Below, in pieces: positions 8,774 to 16,146 of a stretch of DNA of 16,146 bases. The notes under the pieces were generated by a model that saw nothing but the letters and a program-made list of their open reading frames with translations, was not told the origin of the DNA and ran no database searches. How positions within the stretch are numbered: position 1 is the first letter of the stretch; the number at the start of each line of letters is the position of its first letter. The position numbers and the translations under genes are program-made. The DNA is from Octopus sinensis (lineage: Eukaryota). Location: NCBI RefSeq assembly GCF_006345805.1, contig NW_021825206.1, positions 1 through 16,146 of the forward strand, written 5' to 3'.

Positions 8774-9187
8774 GTGGCTGTGTGGTAAGTAGCTTGCTAA
8801 CCAACCACATGGTTCCGGGTTCAGTCCCACTGCGTGGCATCTTGGGCAAGTGTCTTCTGCTATAGCCCCGGGCCGACCAATGCCTTGTGAGTGGATTTGG
8901 TAGACGGAAAACTGAAAGAAGCCTGTCGTATATATGTATATGTATATATATGTATGTGTGTGTTATATGTTGTGTGTCTGTGTGTTGTCCCCCTAGCATT
9001 GCTTGACAACCGATGCTGGTGTGTTTACGTCCCCGTCACTTAGCGGTTCGGCAAAAGAGACCGATAGAATAAGTACTGGGCTTACAAAGAATAAGTCCTG
9101 GGGTCGAGTTGCTCGACTAAAGGCGGTGCTCCAGCATGGCCGCAGTCAAATGACTGAAACAAATAAAAGAGTAAAAGAGAAAGAGAG
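8774..9187 (+). mobile_element. SINE family B, nearly full length (first ~10 nt missing)
   Basis: GTGGCTGTGTGGTAAGTAGCTTGCTAACC...GGCGGTGCTCCAGCATGGCCGCAGTCAAATGACTGAAAC plus AAAAGAG tail; highly similar to the reverse complement of 4197-4610. Confidence 0.93.
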
Positions 9188-9544
9188 TATACATATATAT
9201 CGGAGTGAGGCGAACATCGTCCCAGCTGTGATTCATATGAATACCAGACGCATATTACCGTTCAATGCTTCCTGATCTTCGGAGGGGACTGACTTCACCT
9301 AGACACGTGACTATCGTGTTTCTGTCACGAAAATAGCCCAAGGTGACGAATCTGCGTTTGACATTCTTGTGAGTCACTGCTGAAACAATATTTGCTTCGT
9401 TATATTTTGTGATTTTAACGAATATTCTTCGTGATTTTAACAATGTCTCTGAAGAGACTTTTTTGTCAAAACACCACAACAGCATACCTTTCAACCATGT
9501 GTATATGATAGGTATAATACGATAATAAGAGATTAAGTTAAGGT

Positions 9545-9667
9545 GGCGAGGTTGTAGAATCTGTTCAAATTCCATCGAGATCGACTTTCAACCTTTCACG
9601 GTCAATAAAACAAGTACCAGTTGCGTACTGGAGTCGATACAATCGACTATCCCCCTCTCTTAAAAAT
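9545..9667 (+). mobile_element. SINE family C, internally deleted
   Basis: GGCGAGGTTGTAGAATC..TTCAAATTCC..GATCGACTTT..AAGTACCAGTTG..CTGGAGTCGATACAATCGACT aligns with 13317-13520. Confidence 0.75.
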
Positions 9668-9677
9668 ATACATATAT

Positions 9678-10055
9678 AGGCGTAGGAGTGGCAGTGTGGT
9701 AAGTGTCTTCTATTATAGCATCGGGCCGACCAAAGCCTTGTGAGTGGATTTGGTTAGACGGAAATTGAAAGAAGCCCGTCGTATATATGTAATATATTAT
9801 ATATATATATATATATAATATATATATACTATGCATGTGCGTGTGTGTATATGTTTGTGTGTCTGTGTTGTCCCCCCAACATCGCTTGACAACCGATGCT
9901 GGTGTGTTTACGTCCCCGTAACTTAGTGGTTCGGCAAAGAGACTGATAGAATAAGTACTAGGTTTACAAAGAATAAGTCCTGGGGTCGATTTGGTCGACT
10001 AAAGGCGGTGCTCCAGCATGGCCACAGTCAAATGACTGAAACAAGTAAAAAAGAG
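9678..10055 (+). mobile_element. SINE family B with internal deletion of the B-box region
   Basis: AGGCGTAGGAGTGGCAGTGTGGTAAGT joins directly to GTCTTC...; the remainder is colinear with 8774-9187. Confidence 0.92.
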
Positions 10056-10124
10056 ATACGTATACTTATAAACATACGTGCATGCAAGCATACATATATA
10101 CATACATATATACATACATATATG

Positions 10125-11884
10125 AATATGTGCTTCGCTCAAATGTAACAAACATAAAAATCAAAGCAATAATTGTATATGCAGATTGTAAGTCGGCTCT
10201 AAAACCGGTCCCAGATTACTTCAAGAACCCTGTCCCAGTTCTCCTCTCACATGATTCACTTGAAGACCTTGACACGTCACACGATGAAGCCCCTGATTGT
10301 CCTATCGACGATGTGTACGTAGTTGATTCTAAGAAAATGAGCCACGCTTGTTTAATCAAGAAGATTTGAACGATTCAGTAAAAGACCAAGCATTGTCAAC
10401 GAAGAAGGCAGAAGTTATGGAATCCAGACTACAGCAACGGAATCTCTAACAGCAAGGTACGAAAATTTCCATTTTTCGTTCTCAATTTGTCGTTATTTGT
10501 CGTTTTCAAGCAAGAAAATAATGCTTGTTTCTGTACTGACGTTAATGCACCCATGCAAAAACTAGGACTCGTGCATGTGACAAACAAATGGAGATTGTTT
10601 ATAGACTTGAGTATGGTTAACCTCAAAGCTGTGTGGTTACATAATGGTAATGAAAAAACTTCCATTCCTGTGGATCATATTGTCGATATAGAAGAAACTT
10701 ATGAATCGATGAAACTCATTCTGAAAGGAGGTAATTACTCAGTTCATAAGTGGAATATTTATGATGATCTAAAGGTAATTTCCTTCCCCCTAGGCCTGCA
10801 GCTGGGATATACCAAAAATATGTGCTTAGAACACTGCGACGACAGCAATCATTACATTGTAAAAGACTGACTTAAAAGAGATAAGCGCATAGTTGGTCGG
10901 TACCACGTGCAGTATATGCTACTGGTAGACCCGCAAAAAGATCTTCCTACCACCCCTTCACATCAAACTCGGCCTCATGAAAAACTTCGTAAAAACAATG
11001 ACATACGATGGTTGTGGCTTCCATAACCTAAAAATAAAATTTGGTGCAGAGAAACGTGACGCAAAACTGGAAGCAGGCATTTTCATTGGACCCGACAACA
11101 GAGAATTGATGTCTGACAGGAAATTCAGAGGTAAACTGAATCCAGTTGAGCTGATAGCATGGGATTCATTTGTGTCAGTTGTACAGAACTTTCTTGTGGA
11201 GGCGCAATGGCCCAGTAGTTAGGGCAGCGGACTCGCGGTCATAGGATCGCGGTTTCGGTTCCCGACCGTGCGTTGTGAGTGTTTATTGAGCGAAAACACC
11301 TAAAGCTCCACGAGGCTCCGGCAGGGGATGGTGGTGATCCCTGCTGTACTCTTTCACCACAACTTTCTCTCACTCTTACGTCCTGTTTCTGTTGTACCTG
11401 TATTTCAAAGGGCCGGCCTTGTCACTCCCTGTGTCATGCTGAATATTCTCGAGAACTACGTTAAGGGTACACGTGTCTGTGGAGTGCTCAGCCACTTACA
11501 CGTTAATTTCACGAGCAGGCTGTTCCGTTGATTCGGATCAACCGGAACCCTCGTCGTCGTAACCGACGGAGTGCTTCCATTCAATCCACAGAACCTTCTT
11601 GGAAATCATAGAGCTGAAAACTATGCAGATTTATTAAACAACATGCTAACAGTATATGAAAGAATAGGATGCCGAATGTCCTTTAAAATACACTTCTTGC
11701 ATTTTCATCTCGGGTTTTTTCCAAACTAATCTTGGTGACGTTAGTGATAAGCATGGTGAAAGGTTCCACCAGGACATATCTGAGATAGAAACGAGGTATC
11801 AAGGCTATGCTTGATAGATGGCTACTGCAACGGGAGACCAACACGACGCATAAGCGAAAGAGCATGTGTCTCAAACATTTCTGA
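10125..11884 (+). pseudogene. Disrupted DNA transposase (Chapaev3-like)
   Basis: Stitched frames: IVYADCKSALKPVP (10082 ORF) / FNQEDLNDSVKDQALSTKKAEVMESRLQQRNL*QQGTKISIFR (from 10348) / WRLFIDLSMVNLKAVWLHNGN...DDLKV...GLQLGYTK (10487 ORF) / PPLHIKLGLMKNFVK...EAGIFIGP...VVQNFL [SINE] GNHRAENY...GCRMSFKIHFLHFHL / NLGDVSDKHGERFHQDISEIETRYQG / ...KHF* at 11882-11884. Multiple frameshifts and stops. Confidence 0.9.
11197..11587 (+). mobile_element. tRNA-derived SINE, family A, tail type 2, with 14-bp TSD
   Basis: TGGAGGCGCAATGGCCCAGTAGTTAGGGCAGCGG head; flanked by ACAGAACTTTCTTG (11183-11196) and ACAGAACCTTCTTG (11588-11601), one mismatch. Confidence 0.93.
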
Positions 11885-12380
11885 GCTGAGCATATAAAAA
11901 ACACAAAGTGAGTATTCCCTTAACATAAATATACTATGTACCATTATATTATTTGAATATAAAAATAATATTCAGTACTAATATACTATTATAATAATTA
12001 TTTACCTTGAACTTAACTATTCCTGATACTAATATTGTATTAATATATAATTATGTGCATAACTCAATCTTCTGATGCGCTACAGCAATTCTGAGTGCAG
12101 ATTCGGAATCAGCGTACTCGATGTAGTTTAGTACAGCACCATTTGTCTGGGTATCAGACAATAATTATTTTTATTTTTGTTGCCCAGTGTTATTGTCATT
12201 ATTATCGTTTTCATATTAAAATTGGTATTTTTAAAAATAAAATACTGCTTTGATCACGTTATATACTTTAAAAGATTCCGTTAATTCTCCAAATCCTATA
12301 AATATAGACATGAAGACAATCTTACGTATACACATATAAATACACGTTTGCGTATTTACATAGGTGTAAGAGACAGTACA

Positions 12381-12670
12381 GTGGAGGCACATGGCCTGGT
12401 GGTTAGAGCAGCGGACTCGCGGGTTTGATTCTCAGACCGGGTGATGTGTGTGTTTATGAGCGAAACATCTGAGCTCCATGTCCCTCCGGCAGATGGTAAT
12501 GGCGAACTTCTGCTGACTCTTTCGCCACAAATTTCTCTCACTCTTTTCTCCTGCATCTTGCAGCTCACTTGTGACGGACCGGCGTCCCGTCCAGGTGGAG
12601 AACCTATACGCCAAGGAAACCGGGAAACCGGTCCTTATGAGACAGGCATGGCTCGAGAAGGAACAAACAA
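12381..12670 (+). mobile_element. tRNA-derived SINE, family A, tail type 1, with 11-bp TSD
   Basis: Colinear with the reverse complement of 450-761; AAGAGACAGTA at 12368-12378 and 12669-12679; small deletion before the B box. Confidence 0.92.
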
Positions 12671-12955
12671 GAGACAGTATATTTATGTCTGCGCGCGCTC
12701 ACGCATGTCCATTTATGTGGACGCCAAAAATGCTGTTTGTTTGTCTATGGATTGTGCGTGAAACAAAATTCATCTTGTGTTTAAATGTGCTTTTCAGTGT
12801 TCAGGATAGTATCAAATGTATCAATATATAAAAGATTTGTTCCTGTCTAAGTGTATGATGAAGCATGTGTGCGTATTGGTTAAATCTAACCACACACACA
12901 CACACACACACCCCACACACATACCCCTACCCACACACACACATATATATATATC

Positions 12956-13248
12956 AGGTCACGTGATCATGTGACCGACCAGGCTATCAGATGTTGCTAC
13001 ACATCGCTGGTCACAATGCGCTTTACATTGTTTTAGCCTTCAAATGACGCCACCCCGCTGGCTAAGCGAGCAGGCCAACAGAAGAAAGTGAGAGAAAGCT
13101 GCGGCGAGAGATTACAGCTGGGATCGCCACCATCCCCTGCCGGGGCGTCGTGGAGCTTTAGGTGTTTTCGCTCAATAAACACTCACATCGAAACTGCGAT
13201 CCTACGACCGCGAGTCCGCTGCCCTAACCACTGGGTCACTGCGCCTCC

Positions 13249-13249
<1 letters not shown>
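12956..13249 (-). mobile_element. tRNA-derived SINE, family A, tail type 3
   Basis: Head and core (13085-13249) match the 11197 copy; the 3' part (12956-13085) is unrelated to tails 1 and 2; inserted in a CA/TA tract. Confidence 0.85.
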
Positions 13250-13286
<37 letters not shown>

Positions 13287-13316
13287 ACATATATATATAT
13301 ATGCATACACACACAA

Positions 13317-13520
13317 GGAGGCGAGGTAGCAGAATCGTTAGCACGCCGGGCATTTCATCTGCTCTTATGTTCTGAGGTCAAATTCCGTCGAGGTGGACTT
13401 TCCCTTTCATCCTTTCCGGGTTCGATGAAATAAGTACCAGTGGAACACTAAGGTCGATATATTTGACAGGCCTCCTCCTCCAAATTCTAGGGCTGGTACT
13501 TATAGGAGAAAGGATATTTA
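13317..13520 (+). mobile_element. SINE family C
   Basis: GGCGAGGTAGCAGAATCGTTAGCACGCCGGG...GTTCTGAGGTCAAATTCC (B-box-like)...AAATAAGTACCAG; several homologous fragments in the window. Confidence 0.8.
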
Positions 13521-13529
13521 TACATATAA

Positions 13530-13720
13530 ATATATCTATGTATTTACTCATAAATTAGTTAATGTGTATATGTGTGAATATAGAAATATATATTTTGTAT
13601 GTGTATATGTGTTGATATATGTATGTATGTGTTTTGGTGTATGTATATATGTATATGAATATGTGTGTGTGTGCGTGTGTGTGTGTGAGTGCGTGTGCAT
13701 ATGCAAAATTTTCTGTGTGT
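13530..13720. repeat. TG/TA simple repeats
   Basis: Direct reading. Confidence 0.85.
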
Positions 13721-14290
13721 ACACTTATTTCTACATTCTATAACACTACCTCTTATCTATATTACTAAATATGTTTGCCCCCCCCCCTCCCATACATATA
13801 AAGGACTCCTGATTACGAACTATACATAAATGCATTTTCAAGCATGAATTTTGTATTATTTGACTATCTCTTTGAGAATTTCTAATAGGAGTTATTTTCT
13901 AGTATATATCTATTATACATACAGTATTGTAACTCCTATTAACAAATGAAACATGTGTAATGGAGAATAAATAATATCAAAAAAATTTTCAGTCTACTGT
14001 TTTGATATATATAATAATAAAACGGTAAAATTAATTAATCAATTTATAATTAATAATCTTACCAAGTAGTTCGGTATGTTAAAAGAACCATTATTAGTAA
14101 ACTTATACAAAAATTATTATAATTATAAACATAATTATAATTAGGGTCTAGCAAAATTGCTTCACCATACCGAAATTTAGAAATAGCAGTTAAATACTGT
14201 TCTACAACCATAAGCTATGACCCAGGCAGCAATACTCTCAACTCACACAGGTAAAGAGAAAAAAAATAACGAAACCACCGGCTTTGATTA

Positions 14291-14359
14291 ACTAGAGACG
14301 CGTTTCTGGATTAAAGATATGTAAAATAACTCGTACCTAATTTCCGTCATCAGTATAGT
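14291..14359 (-). ncRNA. Hammerhead ribozyme motif, type I, Penelope-like (GAAACGCGUC)
   Basis: Minus strand: ACUAUA CUGAUGA CGGA [32-nt loop] UCCA GAAA CGCG UC UCUAGU; helix I 5 of 6 pairs, helix II GGA/UCC with C.A at base, palindromic ACGCGU helix III, GUC triplet (cut between 14297 and 14296). Confidence 0.8.
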
Positions 14360-14575
14360 ATTTCAATTATAAATTTGAGAGCACTAGAAATCAAGATATT
14401 TATTCGACCAAGCGGATATCCCAAAAACCAGTGCTTCCGAATTTATACAGACGAGTTAGAGATTGTGCCTTCTCCCAATCACCCACGTGCGTTACGAGTA
14501 ATCCCACAGAAACTGCAGTTAAAATATGGGAGAGAATTATATTATCAATAATAATAAAAGAAGTACTGGATTTTT

Positions 14576-14596
14576 GGATATTAATTTTGTAACCAC

Positions 14597-14655
<59 letters not shown>

Positions 14656-14950
14656 GTATTTGTCTGTTTTTTTCGTTTAGGTCCGTTTCCACGTTTGCTT
14701 TTACGTTTTCGTTTCTCGTTGAGTTCTACGTCTATTTGTGGTGTCCTGTACTCACGTATATATATTTATATATGCATGTATATATACATGTAGATGTAGG
14801 TACGTACATATATGTATGTATGTATATATGTATGTATGCATATATTTTATTTATTACACTATTATATATATATATTTCTTTACTACCCACAAGGGGCTAC
14901 ACATAGAGGGGGTATATATATATATGTCTATGTGTGTGTGTGTGTGTGTG
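14576..14950. repeat. (TA)n, TATG and (TG)n simple repeats with interruptions
   Basis: Direct reading. Confidence 0.85.
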
Positions 14951-15099
14951 TATACAACGTGTTCCTTTCACTTTCTATAACCCAAATCTGGGGTTTTAGA
15001 AGAAGACACTTGCCCAAGGTGCCGCGTAGTGGGACTGAACACCAAGATCACACCGTTGGGAAGCAAACCTTCTTATCACACATCCACGCCCGGGCCTAT
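14951..15099 (-). mobile_element. Diverged 5' portion of SINE family B
   Basis: AGAAGACACTTGCCCAAGGTGCCGCGTAGTGGGACTGAAC matches the family B core. Confidence 0.8.
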
Positions 15100-15393
15100 A
15101 ATCTCACATTTTTATTCTCTGAAAAAATTAAACATGGTTTATGCAAAGTATTGTACTAATTTGCATAATTACTCTAAATCGATTTATTTCCTAATTAATA
15201 GCTGATTTCCAATGTGTATTGCAACGCATGGAAATATACATTATTCTCATTTTAATGTGACCATCACTGCCCTCTCATCAACGAACGGGGTAGGGTGCAT
15301 TAACGGTCCAGGGTAGAAACTTCCAACGAGCGTCTGACACAGTTTGATGACGTCAAAAGCAAAAATTTGTCGTTAGTGCAGTATTTATTGCGA

Positions 15394-15606
15394 CACTTAG
15401 CGTTCTGAGTTCAAGTTCTGCCAAGTTTAAGCATTGTTTTTATCCTTCCGTGAACGATAAATAAAGTACCAATTTGGAACTGTTAGATTGGCGGAAATGT
15501 TAAAATGTCGGAGAATCTGTCTTGTGATATTTATTCCGGGACCTTCTGTTCTGAGTTCCTATCCCCTACCAAGATCAAATTTTGTACTTCTGGGGTCGAT
15601 AAATAT
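15394..15606 (+). mobile_element. Two decayed tandem fragments of SINE family C
   Basis: GTTCTGAGTTC occurs twice, followed by GATAAATAAAGTACC and by GGGGTCGATAAAT respectively. Confidence 0.55.
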
Positions 15607-16146
15607 ATTTCTAGATACATCTACGATTGAATAAAAAGATAGAAGGGACGTTAAGTACAACAACAACATATGGTGTTAACATCGATCAAGGGGAGGTACT
15701 ACCACATTAAAGAATATAACAGAGGATATATAATAGAAAGTTAAGAAATAAATTATAAATAAATAAACAAATAGTGGGGCAGTCCACTGAGGGTGACCCG
15801 GAGTAAAACCCACACAGAATTCCCGGATTACTATGCTATCCCCAAAGCATGGGAAATAATAATAATTGCCCTGAACCAATACCATGGCTTCTAATCTTAA
15901 ATGACTGAAAGTATTATCATATGCATGATTTTGTCTTGGTGTAAAGACTGGCTACAGCAAATATTCTGCTCAGTACCACAGTTGCTTGGTCTTAACCAGT
16001 TGATATGTGCATCTCTGATCACGAGTAAAAGTAGTGGGTGCGGAACATCATGGTCATGTGTTGAAAGGAATTTTTGGGGTTTAAATAACTCACCTTCGGA
16101 AGCATGTGCGTTTCGTTCATTATCCATTAACAACCCTTATTCACGG

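Larger units (their letters stand above)
10125..12189 (+). mobile_element. Chapaev3-like (CMC superfamily) DNA transposon, 5'-truncated, interrupted by a SINE
   Basis: Transposase pseudo-ORF (next feature) followed by an AT-rich 3' region ending ...TTGTTGCCCAGTG (12177-12189) plus TTA, matching the CAC...GTG termini and 3-bp TWA TSD of Chapaev3; no matching 5' CACTGGGCAACAA found. Family assignment is from recalled motifs. Confidence 0.72.

Noticed and set aside
101-8999. Many 60-220 aa ORFs rich in His, Thr, Tyr/Ile, Val/Cys, Met, Arg, Leu, Ser or Phe
   Set aside because: All are translations of di-, tri- or tetranucleotide repeats or SINE sequence, often overlapping in several frames; no domain signal.
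9240-9285. Minus-strand CCGAAGA...GAA CG...CG UC
   Set aside because: Core is mutated and neither helix I nor helix II pairs convincingly.
450-13249. tRNA-like heads as possible tRNA genes
   Set aside because: Acceptor stems are not formed and each head continues into shared SINE body sequence.
14059-14100. Degenerate hammerhead-like string on the - strand
   Set aside because: Both core segments are altered (CUAAUAA, GAA) and helix I does not pair; kept only as context.
15348-15355. Perfect CRE palindrome TGACGTCA
   Set aside because: A single 8-mer in 16 kb is plausible by chance; no promoter context.
15920-16146. Non-simple sequence at the window end that may be an interspersed repeat (ORF 15897..16133)
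   Set aside because: No second copy, terminus or protein motif within the window to support a call.

Overview
AT-rich, repeat-dense eukaryotic non-coding DNA, probably coleoid cephalopod (Octopus-like, inferred from the style of the tRNA-derived SINEs and microsatellites). No intact host gene is supportable; almost all tracked ORFs are microsatellite artefacts. Contents: (i) many SINE copies from about four families; (ii) a 5'-truncated, frameshifted Chapaev3-like (CMC) DNA transposon at ~10.1-12.2 kb, split by a SINE with a 14-bp TSD; (iii) a short Tc1/mariner transposase fragment; (iv) long compound microsatellites. The main unexpected signal is a nest of type I hammerhead ribozyme motifs between 1.9 and 3.95 kb. 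Four + strand motifs keep the CUGAnGA/GAAA/UH core (2503-2563, 3094-3155, 3616-3659, 3896-3929). The first two sit in inverted-repeat structures opposite antisense copies whose cores are damaged. A further Penelope-type hammerhead lies on the - strand at 14291-14359. All ribozyme calls come from manual base-pairing, not from covariance-model searches or assays.
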